A DNA stretch of 64,000 bases from the NCBI GenBank assembly GCA_963792585.1, contig CAWBWI010000003.1:608001-672000 (forward strand), in the 5' to 3' direction. Shown piece by piece: positions 41,810-52,212 of the stretch; the first letter of the stretch is position 1; the number at the start of each line of letters is the position of its first letter. The DNA is from Candidatus Eiseniibacteriota bacterium. GTDB taxonomy: Bacteria; Eisenbacteria; RBG-16-71-46; CAIMUX01; VGJL01. The notes below the pieces were generated by a model. That model saw nothing but the letters and a program-made list of their open reading frames with translations. It did not search any database and was not told the DNA's origin. Position numbers and translations under genes: made by a program.

Positions 41810-43326
41810 ATATCCTCCTTTTGGGGTTCGTATCTCTGGATCTCGGCATCAAGTTCCTTAAGCTTGCGGCGGACAGGTCCCTCGGCCTTTGCTAGTGCCC
41901 GGATGGTCCAGGCATCGCCCATAGATACCGATGTGCGATGTTGCTCCCAGGCGGCCCGCAAAGTACCCCGGACGGATTTCAGCCACTGGCAGTGGATGTC
42001 CTCGGAATCCCGATCGGGGCCGTATTCGCGTAGAATCTCATGGAAATGGAACTCCATCGTGGACCAGTACCAGGAATTCGCAGTCATCTGATCCATGAAT
42101 CCTCTGATGTCCTTTCCCGCAGGTTCCCGATCACCCCGACACAATGAGTCGCGTGCGAAGGAACGACAGGCTAACCAAAGGGACTTCTGAGCTTCCTCGG
42201 CATCGATAAGGAGTTGGCGGATCTCAGTCCGGACGGAGCGATTTCCTGACAGAGCCTCAGGCAAGGCGAAGCGCTCCATACGCCAGTACTCGATCTTCGC
42301 CTTGTCGTTTGCTTGGCCAAGAATCAGTACTGATTGCGGAAAGCGATCCCGACTAGTCCGAGTCAAATTTGTTGCATGCTCAATGACTTGGGGGGCGAGA
42401 TGTAGTTCGTCGGGCAGAAGCGAGTCAAAATCCCTCCAGATTCCTCGATCACGGAACTGAATCGGCAGTTTCCCCTTCCTGTCGTCGATTCTGTATCCGA
42501 GCATCGGATCGATCTGATTCTCTGACAAGCTTCCGACTCCTGATGCAAAGGCGAGTTTCTCGATCCTCCCATCACCTGTTGCCATGAGACGAATGGAGCG
42601 GATCGCCCATGTGTATCGATCCGCGAGGCCTTGCGAATATCGTTTCACTCCATCCTTTAGGCTCTCCACGGATTCCGGACTCCGCTCCCAGTTAGGCTTG
42701 TCGTCACAGACGATCTCCCTATTCTCAGGGACCAAAGAAAACAGCAGAGTATCTTGGAGGTCACGCCCAAGGGGCAGTGCCATCACCGCCGTTGCCGAAG
42801 GTGCTGTTCCAGTGTGCGACAGTTCGCTCTTCCCGCAACTCACAGCAAATGTCTGCGTGGCAAGGATCCATCGAGCCGCGGCCGCCGCAGAAATCGAACC
42901 TGGAGCGTCAATAGCCACGTGGTCAAATAGAACCTTGGCATTGTCGGCATTGTGCTCGGCCGCAAGGACAGTCCAGGCTCTCCATGTCTTCGGTTCAAAC
43001 ATTGGGATTTGCCCAAATGGATACGTGTCGTCGAATAACCAGAACCGATCCCGCCACTTCTCAAGGTATGCCTGGATCTTGCCGCCCGGTAGCCCGTCCT
43101 TGAACAGGGCCCTGGCCTGGTCGATGTCCGTTGGGCCTACCAGAGCGCGATAGAGTACCGCCAACAGGAAGCGGTGCAGGGCGGCCACGACCAGTGGCGA
43201 TGGATCTTCGATGCTGGCGATGTACTTGGCTCGCAGCAGTGTTTCGCGGATACCCAGTTCGTCACGGCTTCCATCAGGAAACTGCACCGGGATCCACTTC
43301 TCATCAATCAGGTTGAATCGGTTCAT
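41806..43326 (-). CDS. cse1: Cas8e/Cse1 (CasA)
   Basis: FNLIDEKWIPV, FWLFDDTYPFGQ, LFDH and IWRD motifs. Confidence 0.93.
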   Translation of the reverse strand: MNRFNLIDEKWIPVQFPDGSRDELGIRETLLRAKYIASIEDPSPLVVAALHRFLLAVLYRALVGPTDIDQARALFKDGLPGGKIQAYLEKWRDRFWLFDDTYPFGQIPMFEPKTWRAWTVLAAEHNADNAKVLFDHVAIDAPGSISAAAAARWILATQTFAVSCGKSELSHTGTAPSATAVMALPLGRDLQDTLLFSLVPENREIVCDDKPNWERSPESVESLKDGVKRYSQGLADRYTWAIRSIRLMATGDGRIEKLAFASGVGSLSENQIDPMLGYRIDDRKGKLPIQFRDRGIWRDFDSLLPDELHLAPQVIEHATNLTRTSRDRFPQSVLILGQANDKAKIEYWRMERFALPEALSGNRSVRTEIRQLLIDAEEAQKSLWLACRSFARDSLCRGDREPAGKDIRGFMDQMTANSWYWSTMEFHFHEILREYGPDRDSEDIHCQWLKSVRGTLRAAWEQHRTSVSMGDAWTIRALAKAEGPVRRKLKELDAEIQRYEPQKEDI

Positions 43327-45977
43327 TCGACATCCTTTGGTTCGTACACCAGCCCTAGGTCGTCATCCAGTCGCACGGTCTCATCCTCCGTCCAGCGTCC
43401 CTGCTGATCCAGCAACAACGGATAACAGTTGCGCAAGAGCGGTGATTGCTCCCATCCGTCCGGTACCCCTTGCGCCTGGAGCCTCTTGACAACTCCTTTG
43501 CGCGAAAGGCTCATGGCCCGTAAGAACCAGCTCTTGGCCTGCGCGAAAGTCATCTCCACTTCGGGACGAAATCCGTCATCAGGGAACAGGGGGATCGCCG
43601 GAACCGAGGGCTCGCCCAATCGCGTCTGTGCCACCAGCGTGGGATGTAACCCCGGCTCGTCCTCGTCAGCCTTGACGTATCGTGATGGATCATTCCATGA
43701 TGCGTCGTCCGGAAATCCGATGATCGCCTGATTGGCTTGTCCTTTGTGAGCGAAAGACTCGCCTTCTTCGGCCTCCAGCGCCTTCTCTAATCGCTCTTGT
43801 AGGAAATCTGGTACTTCCACCTGTTCCTCGTACACCGCCTGGACCAGATCATCGATCTCATTCGGCAGCTCCAGGTTGTGTCGCGACCGCAGAAGGGCCC
43901 AGGTGCGGAGCAGCAAGGCTTCTCGATACACCGCACCCCACCACAGAGGCTTGCCGAAGCTGGGAGGTGTATCATCAAGCAATCCAGCCACCAGCAGGGT
44001 TGGCTCGGGAGTGGGTCGCGAATCTCGTGCATGACGCCACAGGCGCCCGGCACGCTGGAGCACTAAGTCGATGGGAGCGAGATCGGTCGCAATGGAATCG
44101 AAGTCCAAGTCCAGGCTTTGTTCGGCCACCTGAGTGGCGATGAGAATCTTCCGGCCTTCTCTTGGCCCGTCTTTCCCAAAAGTTGCTAGAGCGTGCTCTT
44201 CTCGCTGCTGTCGACAATCAGCCGGAAACCGTGCATGAAATAGGAACACTCCCGTTCCATCTGGCAGTCGCTTTCCAACGCACTCCCGATTGTGTGTTAT
44301 TGGATCCCCATCGGGGAAGAGCCGGTAGAGATCCTGTGCTCGCTGCACCGTATTCACGAGGGCTAGGCCCAGACCGCCATTGGTCAGTTGGTCCTCCAAG
44401 GCGGCACGAAGAGCCGTCAGATCGGGGGCTATCCCTTGCATTCGAATGGTTCGCCGTCTCGCGGGATCGGCCTCGAAATGGACCTGGTCGACGCTTCCCG
44501 GACGGAACACCGACAAGCGTGGATAAGCTACTTCAGTCTCTGGGAATTCGGCGTTTGTGATGCTGGCTAGCCTCCTTCGGATAGACGGTGGCAATGTGGC
44601 CGACAGAAGCACCACCGAGGAGTCCAGGGCCAAAAGCCAGCGCAACAAGTGCACCAGGAGAGTGCCCGTGTACCCGTCGTATGCATGGATCTCATCGAAG
44701 ACCACTACGCGGTTCGCCAGTCCCCATAGACGCACAAATTGGTGCCGCACCGGCAGGATAGGCAAAAGCGCTTGGTCTACAGTGCCAACCCCATACTCCG
44801 AGAGAAGCGCACGCTTCTTGTGGGTAAACCATTCACCGGCACGAATGTCACCGCCTCCATCTGGATCTTGAATACTCGAGAAAGTTAGGTTCTGAAAGGT
44901 ATCATTCAGGAGCGCCGCGCCGTGTAAGAGCTGGAGATCCAAGTTCCGTCCCGGGTTCAGGGAACGCAGGAAGGCAAGGGTGCGCTCGAACATGGCGTTG
45001 CCCGTTGCCTTGGTTGGGAGGGCCACATAGAGGCCGCGATGATGGAAACGCCGCTGGAGCTGCAGATGGGCATAGAAAGCTGCTTCGGTCTTGCCCTCAC
45101 CCATGGGGGCTTCCAGGAGGATGATACAAGGTCCCGTAATGTCATGCACGGCTTTGGCGACGGCAATCTGAAGAGGGCGAGCGGGACTGCATTTCGGGAA
45201 GACCTCTTCAAAGGATCGTTCCGTTGGCGATAGAGTTGTTCGATACTCCCATCCGACCGCCGTTAATGCCTGTTCGGCATTGAATCTTCGCCGTTGGAGC
45301 CAGGCCGTCTGGTTCTCGCAGTCCTCGGGGGTGCCGAAGGGGAACCAGTCTTCGTTGGACCCGATCCAGTCGGCGAAACTTGTGAGGCCGGACAGCAGCA
45401 TGAAATCGGGTCCGGAAAGGGTAGGCTTGGTGGGGATTTGGGAAGGCTTGAAAGCTCCGAAAAGCGCATCGAAGATACTTCCACGGACCTTGGTCCAATC
45501 GTTTCGGCCCAGGGCGCGTTCGTCGCCCTCCAGGCCGTTGATCCTGGTCGGCGAGGCCCGATTCCCGTGATGGCAGCCCACTGCGTCTGCTGCCAGTTCC
45601 GCCAAGTCATCCGGCCAGCCTCGTTCCCGCAGCAGTAGCGTCAGGGCAATCTGGCTCACGAATGCATGGTTGATCTTGATATTCGGGTTTCGGGGAAGAG
45701 ACAAACGGGTTTCGGCGAGAAGGGGCTTGGCCCCATCCCACTTGCACTGGAACCCCGGACAGGCCTTTCCCAGGTCATGGCAGGCGATCAGGAGCAATAG
45801 CCATGGGCGGGCGTCTGCCCAAGGCAGGCCGAGGATTGCGGCCATGCGGCTTCGGGTGGTTTCGGGCTCCCGGTCTAGAATGGCTTCGGCGCATGCCGCG
45901 ACATCGAGTAGGTGTAAGGGAAGCGGGTGATAGTTTGTAGAATCCTCTGCGGTCTTCGCCCATAGGCACCTGAGCAT
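43323..45977 (-). CDS. cas3: Cas3 HD nuclease-helicase
   Basis: WAK, HLLDV, HDLGK, APMGEGKTE, DEIH, SAT and QRAGRLWRH motifs. Confidence 0.97.
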   Translation of the reverse strand: MLRCLWAKTAEDSTNYHPLPLHLLDVAACAEAILDREPETTRSRMAAILGLPWADARPWLLLLIACHDLGKACPGFQCKWDGAKPLLAETRLSLPRNPNIKINHAFVSQIALTLLLRERGWPDDLAELAADAVGCHHGNRASPTRINGLEGDERALGRNDWTKVRGSIFDALFGAFKPSQIPTKPTLSGPDFMLLSGLTSFADWIGSNEDWFPFGTPEDCENQTAWLQRRRFNAEQALTAVGWEYRTTLSPTERSFEEVFPKCSPARPLQIAVAKAVHDITGPCIILLEAPMGEGKTEAAFYAHLQLQRRFHHRGLYVALPTKATGNAMFERTLAFLRSLNPGRNLDLQLLHGAALLNDTFQNLTFSSIQDPDGGGDIRAGEWFTHKKRALLSEYGVGTVDQALLPILPVRHQFVRLWGLANRVVVFDEIHAYDGYTGTLLVHLLRWLLALDSSVVLLSATLPPSIRRRLASITNAEFPETEVAYPRLSVFRPGSVDQVHFEADPARRRTIRMQGIAPDLTALRAALEDQLTNGGLGLALVNTVQRAQDLYRLFPDGDPITHNRECVGKRLPDGTGVFLFHARFPADCRQQREEHALATFGKDGPREGRKILIATQVAEQSLDLDFDSIATDLAPIDLVLQRAGRLWRHARDSRPTPEPTLLVAGLLDDTPPSFGKPLWWGAVYREALLLRTWALLRSRHNLELPNEIDDLVQAVYEEQVEVPDFLQERLEKALEAEEGESFAHKGQANQAIIGFPDDASWNDPSRYVKADEDEPGLHPTLVAQTRLGEPSVPAIPLFPDDGFRPEVEMTFAQAKSWFLRAMSLSRKGVVKRLQAQGVPDGWEQSPLLRNCYPLLLDQQGRWTEDETVRLDDDLGLVYEPKDVE

Positions 45978-46799
45978 TCCTGTGTCCCTTCGATCTCGCC
46001 GAGACGTTCAGGGGTCGGGAGCGTGAAGGAGGATTCGTTGCCCTCCCACACGCCCCGATCTCGGTTCCCGCCAACACAAGGCAGCAAATGTCTTCCAGCA
46101 AACGCCACGAGAATACCAGATTGGGGGGTGTCATGCGTTGACGCAGGTTCAGCAGGCGCACCTCTTTCTTCATTAACACCAGGCAGCGTCAACCCATGTC
46201 ACACCTGCCCTTCGCGCCACATTCGAGCCGGGGCAATGCGGCCTGATCTTGGCCGGACAGCAATCTGATCTCCCATATGCTCCCCACTTCCCTTTGCGAT
46301 CCCATGCGAGCCTTCTAGCAATCGATGGACGGCAAGAGTCCCTAGGCTCGGGTACGGCGATGATAATCCGAAACAGCACAACCCGAAACCTTACGGATGC
46401 TGGGGTCGCCATGCGGGTTTCTCGACGTCGGATGATGTCGCCCGCGCCCTTCCAGTGATGCTCAATCCTGTGGACGCATGGCGGTGCCTTCCCAATGTTG
46501 AAGGCCGACCCGATTCAATGCCCCAACTCCCTCCACGCGGCCCAATAAGCCTGTCCGCCTGTTCGTCGGTCGCGCGGAGGCCGAAACCCCGCCTGCCCGC
46601 GTCTGCACTAGGGGTAATCATTCGAGAAGGGGTCTTCTGACGTAGCCCGACAGTGATGCAGGATGGTGCTTCCAACCCAATGTCGAAGACATGCATATAA
46701 TATGTGCGACTCGATCAGAAACTGCACCGTATTGGAGCGCTTGTAGCCAGCGATCTGAATACCATTGTCCAAGTGAATAGGTGAACAGTACCTCCACCT

Positions 46800-46933
46800 G
46801 AAACACGGAGATCGCGGAGTCCCGGGGTCCAGATGGGCTCGGGGCTCCGTTTGAACATCCCTTCCGGAGCGCGCTCGCGCTCTGATCCGGGCGAGCCACC
46901 GCCACAGGGCGGTCCTTTTCCTGAGCTTCGAAG
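46800..46933 (+). repeat. Degenerate copy 4 of the DUF932 3' end plus terminator tail
   Basis: CCTTCCGGAGCGCGCTCGCGCTCTGATCC is identical to copy 1. Downstream ACAGGGCGGTCCTTTTCCTGAGCTTCGAAG closely matches the copy 1 tail at about 15658-15688. Confidence 0.92.
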
Positions 46934-47217
46934 CCTGCTTGCGAACTCTGCACAGCCTGGCTATTCTAGAAACCGCGCCGAGCGACTGAGTGCGCTCCCG
47001 GGGTATCCACGTCGATCGAAATAACTCAACCAGGGGAGGACGAAGGATGCGCCGCATGTGGCGAAGGCGAGTTTGGCTGCGAGCCGGGCCCGAGAGGGAC
47101 GGGCGAGCATCCTCTTGCCTCGTAGACCTAACTGAATCCTGGCGTGGGCGCCGTCCCTCCGCCATCAACACGGAGTGTAATACATGATTACGGGTCGCCA
47201 GAAGACACAGGCGGGCG

Positions 47218-47763
47218 TTGCTGCGACCGTTCTTTGGCTTCTTGCAGCCTATCTACTCGATCGATACTTTTTTCTTGTCCCACATGCCAGTGCTCAGCAA
47301 TAGCCTATATCTCCAGGGTCTTGAACTTGGCGCCGAGCCATTCAAGCGCACCTTTCCTCGTCTTGGCCTCTTCGTCTTTCTCGTGGTTCCTTCGTTTCTC
47401 GGCGCCCTTGTCCTACTCCCATTCCTTCGCGTGCGCCGTCGTCTGCCATGGCGCGAATCGCTGATCGTCTCCGGCGCCGCCATGTTCTGGTTCTTCCTCA
47501 TTCCTGTGTTCATTTGGGCCGGGCACATGCTCTACAAGATCGCAGATGAACTTCTTGGCGATTGGAAAGTCCTGAAGGCGGCGTTTGCGTTCTGCGAGAC
47601 ATTTACCTTCAAGGGATCACTCTACGTGCTCGGGGCTCACCTCTATGACATCGATGCATCCTTGGCGGCTCTCCTTGGGGCGGGGCTTGGGATTCTGCTG
47701 TTCTACAAGAAGGGTCTGTGGAACGGTTTTTCGCGGGCCAACATTTCGCATCCGGGGATTTAG
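47218..47763 (+). CDS. Hypothetical membrane protein
   Basis: Three hydrophobic segments. Start uncertain. Confidence 0.5.
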   Translation: MLRPFFGFLQPIYSIDTFFLSHMPVLSNSLYLQGLELGAEPFKRTFPRLGLFVFLVVPSFLGALVLLPFLRVRRRLPWRESLIVSGAAMFWFFLIPVFIWAGHMLYKIADELLGDWKVLKAAFAFCETFTFKGSLYVLGAHLYDIDASLAALLGAGLGILLFYKKGLWNGFSRANISHPGI

Positions 47764-47777
47764 GAACCTCACGCACC

Positions 47778-48122
47778 CGCTGGCTCAACCCGCTCGAGTG
47801 AGTCCGCGAGGAGGTTCTGGAGTTCCCAGGGTCGACGACCGGCCCGTGGGCGCGGTACGTCCACGACCCGGACGCACGCGGCATTGGCACGGTGCGATAC
47901 CCGCGCCTCGTTGCCCAGGACCCCGTCTGCGCGTCGAAGCTCGCCAAACGCACACTGACGAACCTCTACAACGAGCGGCCGACATGGCTCGCACTCGCGC
48001 ACGAGAAGCTCGACGCGGCCGTGTTCGATGCATACGGCTGGGATCCGGCGATGGGTGATGAGGGGATCCTGGAGAAGCTGCTCGAGATGAATCTTGATCG
48101 GGCAGGGGTGGAGCGGCGCTGA
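47778..48122 (+). pseudogene. C-terminal remnant of an MmeI-like type II restriction-modification DNA methyltransferase
   Basis: RWLNPLE*VREEVLEFPGS...RTLTNLYNERPTWL..AHEKLDAAVFDAYGW, with an internal TGA and no 5' part. Confidence 0.75.
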
Positions 48123-48193
48123 TGGAGACGCCGAAGGCGAAGGCCAAAGGGGGGCAGAGGTGGCGGGGGAAATGAAAGCGGATAGGCAGTCCA

Positions 48194-48958
48194 TTGAACC
48201 GATGGGAATCTCTGAAAGCCGGCGCTCGGGACTGGTGGCGGATCGTACTCGTGGGTGACGAGCTGACTCCTGATCAAGTTCGGGATCGCGATCTTGCGGT
48301 CCTTGGTCCCCGGCTGGGCCCCATCTATAACGCGCTGTCTACCGAGGTGAGCACACTTCATGTGAGATGGAAGCAGTACCGAGCGCTCTTTGGCCATTCA
48401 CCGGATCGGATCGCCCTGCTGAACGAGACTGGGGCTTTATTCTTCCGTGTGGTCCACGATGTCCTTTGGGAGAACACACTGCTCAGCATGGCTCGAGTGA
48501 CCGACAATCCCGGGGCGGGCAAGCGTGCCAAACTCTCGCTCATGGCTCTGGGCTCCGTGATTGACGGCGAACTCGGAATCGAAGTGAAGGCACTCGCTGA
48601 TACGGCCAATGCTGGGTTTGTTCGCGACCTACGGAACCGCCGATTCGCACATCGAAACCTCACTCTTGCTCTCGGCACCGCCGCAGAGCCAATTCCGGCA
48701 ATAGGGCGGCGGGACATCGAGGCAACCCTCGCAGCCATTCGTGCTGTGCTCAATCGGGTGGAACTCCACTACTTCAGTAGTCGCGTCGCCTATGAAGAGA
48801 CGATACCCCATTTAGGGGGAGCCGAAGCTGTCGTCGCATATCTTCAAGGTGGGCTTGATACCAAGCGGGGGAGGCGCGAGCGCGTGAGGCAGGGATCTCC
48901 CCTCCCAGGGTCCGCCAAAGGTGATGACGGGGTCTTGCCACAGCAATCTTCAAAGTGA
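48194..48958 (+). CDS. HEPN-domain protein (AbiU2-like)
   Basis: RxxxxH motif RNRRFAH, plus LLSMARVTD. Helical protein. Start uncertain. Confidence 0.7.
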   Translation: MNRWESLKAGARDWWRIVLVGDELTPDQVRDRDLAVLGPRLGPIYNALSTEVSTLHVRWKQYRALFGHSPDRIALLNETGALFFRVVHDVLWENTLLSMARVTDNPGAGKRAKLSLMALGSVIDGELGIEVKALADTANAGFVRDLRNRRFAHRNLTLALGTAAEPIPAIGRRDIEATLAAIRAVLNRVELHYFSSRVAYEETIPHLGGAEAVVAYLQGGLDTKRGRRERVRQGSPLPGSAKGDDGVLPQQSSK

Positions 48959-49060
48959 ATGCGACCGGCAGCATGGACGCTGGGAGTAATCGGTGGCGGA
49001 CCAAGCGAGCGAGAGGGATCGCCTGCACCGACAACACGCCATTTCCGACCTGGGAAAGCC

Positions 49061-49290
49061 ATGGGATACTTCAATCAGGCCCTTGGCAGACGCCTCGCGG
49101 ACGATCCTGGTCAAGTTCGGGTCAACAAGATCGTCGGGAACACCACGAGCGTCTACGAGTTTCGGGTCGGCGAGGACGAGCGAGGCACGGTCATCGGAAA
49201 GCAGGGGCGCACCCTCCAGGCCTTGCGGACGATCCTAGACGGCGTTGCGGCGAAAGAGAGGAGGTGTGCGATCCTGGAAATTTGGAATAG
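49061..49290 (+). pseudogene. Degenerate KhpA-like KH-domain RNA-binding protein
   Basis: LADDPGQVRV...YEFRVGEDERGTVIGKQGRTLQALRTIL. Start and stop are ragged. Confidence 0.6.
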
Positions 49291-49399
49291 ATCGATGCGC
49301 GGTTCCGGCTGCAACGTCAATCCACGTCAGCCCTCTCCCATGTTACCATCGAGCCGCAATAATCCGGACGCACCCGCTTAGACGAATGGAGCTCGACGA

Positions 49400-49660
49400 A
49401 TGCCAAAGAAGGGACATAGAGAGCGGTTTCTCCGGTTCAACTTAGAAGTGGGGCTGCGAATCCAGGTTGCGCGGCATGCCAGGTCCCTGACCCAGGATCA
49501 ACTTGCAGAACTCTCGGGTATGAACAGACCTACAATCGCAATGATCGAGACCGGCCGCCAGGGTGTCGATGCGCTAAATCCTGTTCTGCTCTCGATGGCG
49601 CTGGGTGTGACACCAACGAGACTCCTTCCGAAACTCCCTTTGCCTCAGCGGAAGAGATAG
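49400..49660 (+). CDS. XRE-family HTH regulator
   Basis: LTQDQLAELSGMNRPTIAMIETG. Confidence 0.8.
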   Translation: MPKKGHRERFLRFNLEVGLRIQVARHARSLTQDQLAELSGMNRPTIAMIETGRQGVDALNPVLLSMALGVTPTRLLPKLPLPQRKR

Positions 49661-50798
49661 ACCCAGGCCGACTGAGCACCAGTATAATGAGAACACAGGA
49701 GTCAAGCTGAGGACTGCCTGCTAGGTCGACATCACGGCACCGCCCCAATCCACGCCCTGGAATCCCGACCTCTGATCGAATGTTGGCCGCCGGAACCTGT
49801 CAACGGATTCATTGGAATCCACTCGGAATCCTCATGAGTGCGGGTCCGTCCTTTGGGCCGAACCCGCCCACCCACTCCTCTGCCCTGCGTAGCACATCTG
49901 TGTCTGTTGACTGCCGCGTCCGGGGGGATCGTGAGCATGCGCCAATTCAGGGCTCTACCTTCCATGTCCGCACAAGTATCCAGCGCACATAGGTTGGATA
50001 GAGCCATAGGACCGAACTTCAAGGGTCAGCGAATTCATAGGCGACCACTCGAGCGGCGACTTCCAGAGTGAGTCCAGGTGATGGGGGCGAGAATGCTCTG
50101 GCCCAAATGCCGATCGGACAGTAGAGACCGGATGAGGCGGGAGTCCCAGGTTCCGTTCCGTGACAGCGCAGAGGTGCGATTCCCCCACGCTATTCGACCC
50201 GTATCGACCACGATCGGAGGCGCCCCTCCACTCTCCCGACCGAAGGGGTCGGAATACTCACCGTTTCTCTCCAGGCGGCGGGTGGTGAACGAAGGTGTTC
50301 GCTCCGGACTCCAAAGCAAATGCTCCTCGAATCCACGTTGTCCTGGTTGATGCTGGTGCGATCGTGACATGCCGAGCATAGGGACCGAAGCGCGGCGATC
50401 GTCGGTGGTGACCCCGGCCACTGGCCGAACGAAGCCCGTCTAAGCCCTCCGCGCATCCATGGACTATCATCAAAGCCGCGCGAGATCAAGGCATCGGATG
50501 GGTGGCTCGTCGACCATTCTTCGGCCAGATGGCGTTTGTAAGAGGTATAGGCTATCTGACTCCCCTCGACAGCGAACGCGTGGTTTCTATTAAGGCGTCC
50601 CGCGCTTGCGATGACGCTGGTGGGGGTGCGAATGCCACCAACCGCAAGTGCTTCGTCGAGGAGCCTTACCGCGCACCCTATCGAGCGGATGTGGGAAGCG
50701 CCCCTGCAGGAACGACGGGAGCGCTTCCATGCCACATAGGTCTTTGGTGCCATCCCAGGGTCGCGGCGCCACACAGCGAACCTATCCATTCGACCGAT

Positions 50799-51512
50799 CT
50801 ACCTGTAGAGCCTCTTTACGGCGCCCCAGGTGGTCTTCTCGATAGGGACTGCGCATCTTGTACAGTCAAACTCCTGGCTAGCTTCGTACTCCACTCCAAA
50901 AACGACGGAGGCGGGAGTCCATTCCGGGTATGAGAAGTAAGCGCTCTTGAACACAGTCTCGCAGCCAAGTATCCCGCAGGTGGCCACGCGACCTACCTGA
51001 GGAGGGAACGCATGGTCGGCTGCCACTGCGCCGAACCAGTACAATGTATTCGCTACGGCACCGAAGGAAATGTCCGCCTCGTACTTGAAGATCGGGTACA
51101 GTCCGCCCTGGCAGTAGCAAAAGTGCTCGTCTGCAAGGACCATGGCTTCGTAGAGAAACACCCCCGGGACGGAGAAAGCATCGTCGTAGAAACGTAGGAT
51201 CCAGTACGTGCCGAAGCCGATGTCATCGCAGGAGTAGTTATTGAAGTAGCCACCCCACCAACGGGCGAGGCAGATCGAGCCGCCATTGGTAAGGAAGAAG
51301 TCGTTGGCGAGTTCCGTCTCGATACCAAAGTGCCCGATGATTTCCGAACTGGCGATCAGGCCTCCGAGGTTGGCTGGCTGGCTCCAGCAGACGCTCCGGC
51401 CAGAGTCGACGACATTCATGCCACCACCTCCAGCGCTCAGGCTGGGGTTGATGGCGAGCGCTGCGCCTGGGACGACAAGACTCAAGGCGAGCACAAGGGC
51501 AAAGGTCTTCAT
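50799..51512 (-). CDS. Secreted Cys-containing hypothetical protein with C-terminal TTWGAVKRLYR motif
   Basis: Signal peptide MKTFALVLALSLVVPGAALA. GAGGA RBS. Confidence 0.8.
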   Translation of the reverse strand: MKTFALVLALSLVVPGAALAINPSLSAGGGGMNVVDSGRSVCWSQPANLGGLIASSEIIGHFGIETELANDFFLTNGGSICLARWWGGYFNNYSCDDIGFGTYWILRFYDDAFSVPGVFLYEAMVLADEHFCYCQGGLYPIFKYEADISFGAVANTLYWFGAVAADHAFPPQVGRVATCGILGCETVFKSAYFSYPEWTPASVVFGVEYEASQEFDCTRCAVPIEKTTWGAVKRLYR

Positions 51513-52212
51513 GGTGGGAATCCCATCCTCTCGTTTGTCGCGGAACCTGGACACGATCGGGGCCGGGATTGAATCTGCCGTAGGGGTGTAGGGGAGGTTC
51601 TGCTTCGATCCTCGGTCCCTCAGATCTCCCCGACATGGGGATCGGGCGGGATCTGCCGCAAAAGAGTGTCTGCTCCATCGGAAGGGAAGTCAAACGCACT
51701 TCGTGCCGACCGGCGCGGCCTCCTAGTGCCGCCGGCAAATGCTCCACGACGTCAGCGTGACAGCTGGTCAGGCTCGACGTGATGGCGCATGCATCAATCT
51801 TGTACGGAAGTTCTCCTCTTCGTACAAGAATGTTGCACTCTCAACCCGCTCACCACGGTCGGTAATGAGCGTCAAAGGCAATAGAGATACAATCGCCCTC
51901 TTAAGTCGCATATACCTCGTTTCCGATCATAAGTAATTAGGGCGCGTTGACGCGTCTCCGTCGAACGCCGTACCGTTGATCGCAATTGTATAAATGGATG
52001 GACGCGGACGTGGGGATCACTGCCTCTTCAATTGGCTGGATGGGTCAAACTGCGAGCGCGAGGGTGGCGACGTGACTTCTCCTGACCCTGCGAAGCTGGG
52101 CTCCAGGTCGCCCGCCGGCCGGATCCGGAAGCCAATGAGTGCATGTCCCCGCGCGCATCTGTCTTTATGGAATGCTAACTCGGAGTGACAGGGTGTCCAG
52201 GAGGGTCAGGTT

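Noticed and set aside
49700..50790. Short overlapping ORFs on both strands
   Set aside because: No recognisable motifs or coding bias.
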